DNA of 17,485 nucleotides from Octopus sinensis (lineage: Eukaryota). The DNA is taken from contig NW_021824747.1 in the NCBI RefSeq assembly GCF_006345805.1, forward strand, positions 1-17,485, given 5' to 3'. The notes under the pieces were generated by a model. That model saw only the letters and a list, made by a program, of their open reading frames with translations, was not told where the DNA came from and searched no databases. This document shows, one piece after another, positions 8,941 to 17,485 of this stretch (positions are counted from its first letter, which is position 1; each line of letters begins with the position of its first letter). A program made the position numbers and the translations under genes.

Positions 8941-9898
8941 ATTAGTGAATTGAAGAAATGGAGTTGAACGAAGATTGAACAGAAATCGTTTTATTGCATT
9001 CTACACGTGTTTCGAAAGGCACAATTAACCAAAAGGCAGAAGGAAGTGCAACCTTTGTGTCTCCGAACTCTTCCATATATTGTTCGCCAGAGACCGGATG
9101 GTTACGGACTTTTACAGTCGGCTTTTCGATGCCCCCACTGGCGGCGTTATACTTATCTTGCTTATAAATAACGCTTATAAATAATACCTGCGCCCGGTTA
9201 CACTACTTATATGAAAATAGCCCTTGAAATAAATTCTGAAAAATTTTTAAGAGAAATATGATTAACCATTGCAAGGGGAATTACTCCTGGGAGACGAATG
9301 TTTGTTTGTCTTGACGACGGGGGGTTTCTTTGACAAGGCAGGTTTAGACGAACACACGCACACATAAAAATTTTTTTCTGCCACCCGACGGATTTTACAG
9401 CAGTGACCATTGTGTAGGCTGTTTACCAACTGACGGCCACGTGATCAAACGCACATACGAACACATAGAACAGTACACACACACATGTTTCTAAGTAGAT
9501 TTTCTCGCCCCATATATACACCTAATATTCTTAAATAGTCAGAACTTTAGTCTCGGTCACAAAGAACATCTAAGCACCCCATGCTCCCACCCACCGGAAT
9601 GACCGCTGCCTGACCCTTAAAACCTTCAACGCACCCACCACCAGTTTTCAACATACATTGATAAACAGTTTGGCCATGGGCTCTTAGGAGCCTCGTTCGA
9701 TTTGTTTTGCTCCGCCTCTGTCTCTGTTTTTGTTTTTTCCACCGGATTTCCTATTTCTTCCTGAAGAGAAAGACACAATATGATCTCCTTATTCAATCGA
9801 ATTTGGTTAATTGTGCCTTTCGAAACACGTGTGTAGAAGCATAAACGATTTCTGTTCAATCTTCGTTCAACTCCATTTCTTCAATTCACTAATAATAT
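8936..9898. mobile_element. Non-coding element with ~98 bp terminal inverted repeats carrying hammerhead sequence (non-autonomous Penelope/retrozyme-like)
   Basis: 8936-9033 is the reverse complement of 9802-9898 apart from a few small indels. Both arms contain the hammerhead 3' half (GTGCCTTTC-GAAAC-ACGT(GT)-GTA-GAA). No recognisable ORF inside; left end abuts a (TA)n run. Confidence 0.65.
9757..9839 (+). ncRNA. Type I hammerhead ribozyme (canonical core)
   Basis: Stem I CTTC(9757-60)/GAAG(9836-39); core CTGAAGA 9761-67; stem II GAAAGACACAAT(9768-79)/ATTGTGCCTTTC(9810-21), 11/12 bp, extended by TGATC/GGTTA with G-U pairs; GAAA 9822-25; short stem III ACAC-GT-GTGT; GUA triplet 9833-35, predicted cleavage after 9835. 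Confidence 0.85.
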
Positions 9899-10027
9899 TA
9901 AAATTCAATTATCCGCACCAATGCACGGTTGCAACACCATATGGTTGTACCTCCAACCGTGCTGTCTTCTGCTGTGATTTTTGCTACCAAGGTATCGGTT
10001 AAACTTTTGATTAATCTGCAACAAGAT

Positions 10028-10045
10028 TATTCATCTTTCTATTTC

Positions 10046-10140
<95 letters not shown>

Positions 10141-10242
10141 TGGCGGTGCTTCAATATGCCTACAGCTTTAGGCTGAAATGTAAAATGAATAAAAGTGCAC
10201 AAACACACCACAAACACGCACACGCACACACACACACACACT

Positions 10243-10272
<30 letters not shown>
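10028..10272. repeat. (TA)n at 10028-10139 and (CA)n/(TA)n at 10198-10272
   Basis: Direct reading. Confidence 0.92.
10141..10195 (+). mobile_element. SINE family A 3' fragment
   Basis: GGCGGTGCTTCAATATGCCTACAG..GGCTGAAATGTAAAATGAATAAAAG, a diverged family A tail. Confidence 0.45.
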
Positions 10273-10273
<1 letters not shown>

Positions 10274-11144
10274 GTATGTACGCATCCATGCTAATATATA
10301 TACATATTATACATACATATATACATACATCAACAGTAATATAAACCGCCTCTACATGAAACGAAAATAAGTAGGCAATAGCTTCAAATCCATTGAACCA
10401 TTGAAACAGTCTTTGAAAATAGGCCAATCTCCTTCCGACAAGAGTTATAAACTATCATCTTTTGAATTGTATTCTTGGATCAAGTCTAAGTGCTTGAGGC
10501 AGTAAAACTTTCCCGATACATGGGAACCAGACCATAATACTATTGAAGAGAGGCAAACACATTTCAAACAGAAAAGGCAAAATGCAAAGTAAATTTTTAT
10601 GAACGTAAATTAAAAAATAATATTCATGCGATAAAATATATTAAAAAATCATAGAAAAGAAGCTTAAAACAACCGGAGCAATACAGAAAACACGTGACAA
10701 TACGTGTCAACAGCAAAAGCACACACACATGTTCTTGGTCACATGATAGTTTGAAAGTACAAACCAAACTTTTTAGTTTGTAAGTATACTTCCTAACAAG
10801 GGATTTCTTGCCACGAACTGTTTCAGGAGAACAAATGCGTGGAAAAATTTTGTTCAAAAGACCGGTGTCTCCTTGCGAAAATGTATTTCCCAAGTAAGCT
10901 AGAGCAAAATGGTAACATACCTAGACTGCGGGGCCGTTCCTGCAAGTACGCGGATTAAAATTTTCTTTATTGAGAGAGGAAGAATGTATAGCAACATATA
11001 CATTGTCTATTACGAGACACGCTTGTTTATAAACTGGTTCCATATTTTGGAAAACCAAACTCTTTGTTTGTGATCGTACTAAGGTCGATTTAATCCAGTA
11101 ACCCATTTTCACTATATTGCTGAACTTGTGCATAAATTAGAAAT

Positions 11145-11340
11145 TATGGCAGAATTGTTAGAGGATTAAAAAAAATACCTTGCTGTACTTTTGTGTTCAA
11201 ATCCCACCGAGGACAACTTTGCCTTTCAACATCTCGCGAGTCAATTAAAAAGTTAAAGCATCAGTCGAGTACCTGAGATCAATGTGATCGAATAACCCTG
11301 CCCCTCGAAATTGCAGACTTTGTATCTAAATCTGAAACAA
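11145..11340 (+). mobile_element. SINE family B, diverged copy
   Basis: TGGCAGAATTGTTAG, GTTCAAATCCCACCGAGGACAACTTTGCCTTTCA, GATCAATGTGATCGA, TCTGAAAC align to 7150-7335. Confidence 0.65.
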
Positions 11341-11345
11341 AGATA

Positions 11346-11860
11346 AGGTGGCGAGCAGGCAGAATCATTAGAGAGTCAGAAAAAGTGCCTTATGTTATTT
11401 TCATCCGAATTCAATTCCTTCCGGAGTATTCAATTCAATTCAATTCAATTTTATTGGCTCAAAAAGCAAAAGCAAGGCTATGTAGGAGGACATGGAGGGT
11501 GGTCATACAAAGAGTTCAGGCCATTTCTGGTCAAGAGAGACTTTGAACCGAGCGATTGTCGGCATCTTCACTATCTCGTCCGGCAGCTTATTCCACGGAA
11601 CCGCAACCCGGACGGAGAAAGCTCCTCTTCTTCGATTGAGATGAAATCGTCGTAGATAGAGCTTTTCTGGAGCAGGAGTGAAGAACAGCTCTTTCGAGTG
11701 GTTACACTTTCCGCTTATGATGTGAGCGAGAATGAGATCACCACGGCGTCATCGTTTCTCGACGAGTAGATAGAAACAGTATCAATCAAGTACTAGTGTC
11801 GATGGTATCGACTAACCCCTTCCCCTAATAATGCTGTACCTAAACCAGAAACCATTATTA
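11346..11860 (+). mobile_element. SINE family B split by the CR1/L2 LINE insertion
   Basis: Head GGTGGCGAGCAGGCAGAATCATTAG..TATTTTCATCCG (11346-11407) and tail GATAGAAACAGTATC..GTCGATGGTATCGACTAACCCCT..AGAAACC (11767-11860) flank the LINE fragment. Confidence 0.6.
11408..11766 (-). mobile_element. CR1/L2-type LINE 3' fragment with (AATTG)n tail
   Basis: 11766->11503 translates LVEKR*RRGDLILAH...LYLRRFHLNRRRGAFSVRVAVPWNKLPDEIVKMPTIARFKVSLDQKWPELFV*, the typical CR1-group ORF2 C-terminus. Followed by a short 3' UTR, AATAAA and (AATTG)n repeats (~11408-11450). Confidence 0.88.
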
Positions 11861-12044
11861 CTATTTTTGTTGTTGTTATCACGTTTATGTTCTGAGTATA
11901 AATCTTGTCAGCATTAACTTTGTCTTATTCTTATGATCGATGACTTGACTTAAACACAATATTGTGTTCAACAGACAGTATTCATATCTATATATTTTTC
12001 TCTTGTGCCTGGTTGATGAACAATGTCAGAACAATGTCAACGAG

Positions 12045-12245
12045 GGAGACCATGTGATCGGTCTGCAAGAAATAATAGCCTATTGTTCTCAAATCACATC
12101 TGTGTTAAATAAAGGAAAGACAAATTCGACAATGTAGAACCTAGATATTCTAAAACAGACGAGATTATCACAGCTAAAGTATCTTTTATTACAGGTCTGC
12201 ACGATTAAGATAGAGGTAGTGTTAAGCATCACCAGCGACAACAAT
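12045..12245 (+). mobile_element. Dispersed repeat family C ((CAA)n-tailed, SINE-like), diverged
   Basis: Shares GAAATA..AGCC..TCAAATCACA..AAAGGAAAGACA.ATT..AATGTAG..TCTTT.AT.A..GTC.GC with 13258-13505. Confidence 0.5.
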
Positions 12246-12994
12246 GGTAGTATTGATGTCAGAGAACAAAAGAAATAAGAAGTAATATGCTAAGCTTGGC
12301 AAGAAAATATTACGGTTTGTTGGACACGTAGAACAAAAGCCAAACTGATATCGAAAGATTTAATTTCTTCTCTCATTTCTTGCCAGGATTAACTTCATCT
12401 TTCAGCTGCTCGGCTGTCAATAATTTCTGTAAATATATAAGAGAGTTCAAGAAGGTGATTTGCCGTTAGGGATGAAGTAAGCTAACGTTTCTGAAAATTG
12501 CTCTAATTCTACGAAGAGAAAGAATACATCACAACGTTATCGTTTTGGTTGTAAAAATTTTCAGAAGAGAATATTAAAGTGAACTGAGAAAGCGAATAAA
12601 GTAAAGGAGTAATGGGAAGAGATTAGTATGGGGAGTAAGAGGTGTAAGCTAGTGGAAAATGACGTGAATTAGTGTGCGAAACTGTTCGATGAGAAGGCGG
12701 TGAAGCAGTGAAGGTCAGATCGAGTGAGGTGGTAGGTGAAAACGCTAAGCAAAGAGATGAACAATAAGACACATGCACAGGTAATTTGAAAAGAGTTATA
12801 TTCTTCTTTCTCTTGATGAATAGTGTTCGTACCTAAGTATAGTAACAGAGCTTATAAAGGCCGATGGAGGAGCCTATGCTTGGTCATTTAACCTGCTAGA
12901 TATATTAATGAAATTCCCCTCAGACTATTATATATCGACAGGTGACATATATGCAGGGTAATAGAGTAATGGACTCACTAAGCCGTAAACAAAC

Positions 12995-13297
12995 CAACTG
13001 TAGAATATCCATTAGAGATTCGTGTAAATTCTAGTTGCTGTTGTAGTTGTTGTTGTTTAGGTCCCAGATTAACCATTGATCAAGAAGTGTTCTGATGAAG
13101 TGTTCAGGGTGTAATTTTTGAACAGCACGGACACTTGCATCAGAAATTCTCTTGATCTAGATTAATCTGGGGACTAAACAACAACAACAACAACCAGAAC
13201 CAGCAGCAGTAGCAGCAGCAGCACCACCACCACCACCATAACAACAATATCAACAATTAGAATTTATATGAACCTTTGGGGGACCCCTACAGAGTTG
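12995..13297. repeat. Long imperfect inverted repeat (foldback)
   Basis: Left arm 12995-13105 pairs with right arm 13129-13297, e.g. GTTGTTGTTTAGGTCCCAGATTAA / TTAATCTGGGGACTAAACAACAAC, TCTGATGAAGTGTTC / GGACACTTGCATCAGA, TAAATTCTAGTTG / CAATTAGAATTTA. The right arm has an expanded CAG/CAC/CAA tract. Confidence 0.85.
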
Positions 13298-13505
13298 ACT
13301 GATCTCGAAATAGCAACCAAATATTCCTGATGTCACACAATCATACTACAGTTTTAAAAAAAGAAAGGACACATTTGGCTAATGTACAAAGAGTTTTCTC
13401 CCTTCCAAAACAGGTGGGACGGGAAAAAAAAAAAATGGCATCTTTGATCATCTGTCAGCTCCATCAGGGCCTAGCAGGATTAAACAACATTAACAAAAAC
13501 AACAA
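13258..13505 (+). mobile_element. Dispersed repeat family C copy
   Basis: GAAATAGCAACCAAAT..AAAGAAAGGACACATT..AATGTAC..TCTTTGATCA..ATCAGGGC..TAAACAACATTAACAAAAACAACAA tail. A partial related copy lies near 12850-12925. Confidence 0.55.
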
Positions 13506-13813
13506 TTGTTTCATAGAACTCATGTTTAATGAAAAGCAATGCTTCATGACTTAATTTACCCATATCGTAATGAATGTTGGAATGAAACTCTCTAGGGTCT
13601 AACTTAAAACTAAACAAGTAAAAATTCATCTCTAATCTGAAATGCACTTTCTGTGGTAATCCATTATCGTGTTTGTGGATGGTGGCGGGGGAAACGACTA
13701 ATGAATATGGAAAAACACGTTTTGCCGTAGGGATTTGAAAATAGCACGTTTCATACGCTTTATACATTATCGAAGATCTATTACTCTCTCTACACCTCTC
13801 ACGCTTGCACACT

Positions 13814-13814
<1 letters not shown>

Positions 13815-13901
<87 letters not shown>

Positions 13902-13940
13902 TTATCTATCTATCTATCTGTCTGTCTGTCTGTCTGTCTA

Positions 13941-14007
<67 letters not shown>

Positions 14008-14016
14008 GTCTGTCTC
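13815..14016. repeat. Compound (TATC)n(TGTC)n microsatellite
   Basis: Direct reading. Confidence 0.97.
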
Positions 14017-14512
14017 TGATAAATTTTTTTCTTAGATTCTTTCCCTCTTTTATCTTCCTGTTATTTACGCACGCATATATGTGTATATATATATATATGC
14101 ATGCACATATAATATTTATAGACGTTGTTGTTTAAGCTTGTAGGGTTGTGAATGACAAATTTGATTTGTTCTGTAAATAATACATATTGCAATGAATAAC
14201 AAATGTAACTGAAACCAATAATAACAAGTAATTTTATTTTCATTCATATCATCAATGCCCATGCAACACTGTATAGAGTGTAATAGTCAATCATAATGGA
14301 TACTAGAGGGATTGTCGCTATTTATAAAATATTGTACATTTAACAAATATCAAAACATACTTTTATGCTATAGTTGTGTGTGTGTGGATGTGTGTGTTTA
14401 ACTGAATGTTGTCTAAAATATATAGTACCGTAAACAACTTATATACATGTGAACACAGATATGAAGTGTGATTGGTCACTTCAAGTTATTGAAGCAATTG
14501 TAAATTATGGAA

Positions 14513-14896
14513 ACACACACACACACACACTCACAGAGAACGACAGACAAACACACACTCACAAACATATATATATATATATTATATATATAATATACTA
14601 TATATATATATATATATATATGTATACATACATACATATTATATATATATTTCTAAACTTCGGTATGTGGTAAAGCAAATCTTGCTGAACCTATTATAAA
14701 GTATATATATATATATATATAATAATATATATATATATGCATACAGATACACGCACATCCATACTCATTAGCTATCAATCTGTCTATCCCTCCCTTCCAC
14801 CCAGTCTCTCTCCCCTTCTCTCTGCAATTGCGTTTCAATCATAAATTACATGTTCTAGGGATACAACATGTTTTGCTTGTTCTTTCTTTCTCCATT

Positions 14897-14960
<64 letters not shown>
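14513..14960. repeat. Cluster of (CA)n, (TA)n (14567-14650, 14702-14738) and (TTTC)n (14895-14960)
   Basis: Direct reading. Confidence 0.9.
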
Positions 14961-15011
14961 ACTTTCTATATATGGAGAGAAAAAGTGTATTCCTACGCAG
15001 GAAAAATATAG

Positions 15012-15624
15012 GAGAATGTGTTTCGGGGTTTGAAAATGCACCCGAATCTCAAAATGTGTAGTCGTTTTAAAATTTTGTAATAGATTTATTGAAATACCAA
15101 ACCGGTTTTGACAATGTTTTGCTCATCAATGATAAAAAAAAAAAAAGATTAAAGGGTTTAGGAGAGTTTAAATTTGCAAGGTCAAATTCAGGAAAAAGAT
15201 GTTTAAACAATCAAATGTTCAAATGTTAACAGACATTTCACTCAGATTCACAGGGATAGATAGTAATGCAAATGTAAATGTTCAGTGAAGACCATAGCAA
15301 ATATACATGATTGAAAGTTTCTTTTTTTAAATTTCTGTTGTGTGTAGTTCTTTTCTCAATTTCAGTTGAAATTTACAGGTTTCTTCACCTTCTTCGCTTG
15401 TTAGAATTCCAAATCTATTAGTATATATATATATATCGTTGACACACGTTGGATATATATATTAATGAAGCGGAGTTTGAATCAAAGTGTTCACACGACG
15501 TACTTCGCGAGACTACCAAAACGTTCTCCTTCCTACTCTACCCAACCTCTACTCTTTATAAGAGTTCGGCTAGTCTATTCTTCGAATCCTCCCGGGGTTG
15601 TCAATGACTCTCACAACAAAAACA

Positions 15625-15660
<36 letters not shown>

Positions 15661-15910
15661 GATATATATATTATATATATATAATATATATATATATACC
15701 ACATCCATCCATCCATACATACATTCGCTCTCCTGTAAAGGATTATGTTTTGATTGGGTGTAATTTTGATGACATCTTTTGTTTTTTCTCGTGAATTTTT
15801 GGTCAAAATATTTTGGCTTTCGCAAAGTCTAGTGTTCTGGTTGGTTGGCTTCCTGGTAAGCAACACATTTTCAGATTCTTGTGCATTTTCAAACCTCAAA
15901 ACAAATTCTC
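15012..15910. mobile_element. Probable MITE / non-autonomous DNA transposon with ~50 bp TIRs
   Basis: GAGAATGTGTTTCGGGGTTTGAAAATGCACCCGAATCTCAAAATGTGT (15012-15059) versus reverse complement of 15863-15910, GAGAATTTGTTTTGAGGTTTGAAAATGCACAAGAATCTGAAAATGTGT. TA-rich flanks; no coding capacity. Confidence 0.6.
15634..15698. repeat. (TA)n microsatellite
   Basis: Direct reading. Confidence 0.93.
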
Positions 15911-16252
15911 ATATATATATATATATATGATATTCAGATAATATTACCTCTGATGATGTAAGATAACAAGACATACGATTAGTGCTCAGGTTGACTTACT
16001 CATTCAACTTCAACTTAAAATGCATCTAAAAGGGTAGTGAAAATTATAACTACCTAATAAAGATTGACTATAGGCAATGTTCCAATAGAGCTGGTACATA
16101 TGTATAATAGAATAAATGTATAAACAGGCAAACAACTGGTCTGATTATGGTATTCATATATTTAAACATTGACAAAGCTTCAGGGTAGAAGTAAACGTTT
16201 TACAAGTTCGGATTACATAATAATTGTGATTATATACTGGTATTCTCCCGGA

Positions 16253-16329
16253 ATATACATACATACATACATACATACATACATACATACATACATACAT
16301 GCATGCATACATGCATACATACATACATA
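16253..16329. repeat. (ATAC)n microsatellite
   Basis: Direct reading. Confidence 0.95.
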
Positions 16330-16597
16330 TATCATTATAATTAAGGATAAAATCTAAGTCTATATAAGATTTTATGAAGTAGCTAGCATGTAATAAACCA
16401 TTTAAACAAAAAATCAATACAAAGTAATTAATTATATAAATATAATTATAATAAGGGCAACTACTGGGTAGCTCCGCATGCTATAAATAGATGCCAAATG
16501 GATCTAAAACTACCTTTTTTTATCACATAGACACGGGCTGAAAACGAGGAAAATGAACAAAAAAAGATTTTCTTAAAAAGATTTAGCCGTAGATCAA

Positions 16598-17032
16598 TAC
16601 TCTTTACTCTTTTACTCTTTTACTTGTTTCAGTCATTTGACTGCGGCCATGCTGGAGCACCGCCTTTTAGAGTCGAGCAAATCGACCCGGGATTTATTCT
16701 TTGTAAGCCCAGTACTTATTCTATCGGTCTCTTTTGGGCCGAACCCGCTAAGTTCGGATGTAAACACACCGCATCGGTTGTCAAGCAATGCTAGGGGGAC
16801 AAACACAGACACACCACACATACACACACACACATATATATATATATACATATATACGACAGGCTTCTTTCAGTCCGTCAACCAAATCCACTCACAAGGC
16901 ATTGGTCGGCCCGGGGCTATAGCAGAAGACACTTTCCCAAGATGCCACGCAGTGGGACTGAACCCGGAACCATGTGGTTGGTTAGCAAGCTACTTACCAC
17001 ACAGCCAACTTACCACACAGCCACTCCTGCGC
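16598..17032 (-). mobile_element. tRNA-derived SINE, family A, full length
   Basis: Minus strand: 5' GCGCAGGAG-TGGCTGTGTGG (A box), GGTTCAGTCCC (B box, 16954-64), internal (TA)/(TG) microsatellite, (AAAAGAGT)n tail. Highly similar to 8159-8544. Confidence 0.88.
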
Positions 17033-17136
17033 GTCCGGTTTAGGGATGCAATACCCATTAACTTCCTCAGTATGACATAACCCAATATACATAATTATAT
17101 ACACTTATATGTACCATATGAATACAATGTATCCAC

Positions 17137-17485
17137 AGTGCATATACAAATGTTCATACTCATATGCAATTTAAATCTAGTTCGTTCATCTCAACCACAT
17201 GTGAATAACCAAAATAATTCAGCAGCGAATACAATTGGTTGAAGTGAATTCATATTTATCATTTTTTGCTAACTCTGTATAATCTTTGTTTCAGAAAATA
17301 ATAAGGGCAGACCCTCAGCTTATTCAAGAAATGAAGAGGCATGCTATTATTGCGGTAATAAAGGCTGACCATAGGGATTTAGAAATATCTCGATTTAAAA
17401 AATTTGCAGATCTTTCGTCTACAATGTTTGTAAGGAGCTAGAGACTAAAGAGGAAACGTATCACCAGTATCAAAGCATAAAAAAA
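17137..17485 (+). mobile_element. Probable Tc1/mariner-superfamily transposon 5' end (transposase N-terminal HTH relic), cut by the window edge
   Basis: ATG at 17331: MKRHAIIAVIKADHRDLEISRFKKFA / RSFVYNVCKELETKE / GNVSPVSKHKK across two frameshifts resembles an EIA..L..xRSxVxxVxK HTH. A CAGTG TIR-like start lies at ~17136. Confidence 0.55.

Noticed and set aside
11392-11655. 87 aa plus-strand ORF
   Set aside because: Antisense to the CR1/L2 ORF2 fragment, which explains the region.
12520-12780. Possible highly decayed LINE 3' end on the minus strand
   Set aside because: Only compositional resemblance; no diagnostic motif could be read out.
13092-13146. CTGATGA followed by a stem and a later GAAA
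   Set aside because: The stem is followed by GCATCAGAAA, which simply pairs with the CTGATG as part of the foldback; hammerhead geometry is not met.
15545-15590. Minus-strand TCGAAGA...GAACTCTTATAAAGAGTA hammerhead-like look-alike
   Set aside because: GAAA is one A short, C3/U4 are absent, and there is no stem I or stem II pairing.
15950-15990. CTGATGA motif
   Set aside because: No GAAA after a closing stem II and no stem I or III.
16940-17032. tRNA gene
   Set aside because: A and B boxes are present but form the head of a SINE; no convincing cloverleaf.
16637-17080. 147 aa ORF (and related ORFs at 8042-8725)
   Set aside because: Lies within SINE family A, antisense to it. Any database hits to hypothetical proteins would most likely be repeat mis-annotations.

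Overview
AT-rich, microsatellite-dense eukaryotic non-coding DNA. The repeat families look like those I recall from octopus (coleoid cephalopod) genomes; this is an inference. No host protein-coding gene is supportable, and most listed ORFs are microsatellite or SINE artefacts. The window is a mosaic of mobile DNA: a 5'-truncated Penelope-like retroelement (RT C-terminus plus GIY-YIG endonuclease, minus strand), a second degenerate Penelope GIY-YIG fragment, a mariner DD34D transposase relic with one TIR, a CR1/L2-type LINE 3' end nested in a SINE, two tRNA-like SINE families, a (CAA)n-tailed repeat family forming a ~300 bp foldback, a probable MITE, and a probable Tc1/mariner 5' end at the right edge. 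The main hidden signal is RNA-structural. A canonical type I hammerhead ribozyme (9757-9839, +) lies in one arm of a ~960 bp non-coding element bounded by ~98 bp inverted repeats. Two hammerhead-like motifs with a shared atypical core (CCGAAGA...T-GAAAC-TSAGA-GTH) lie at the Penelope 3' end, and several of these units abut (TA)n arrays.
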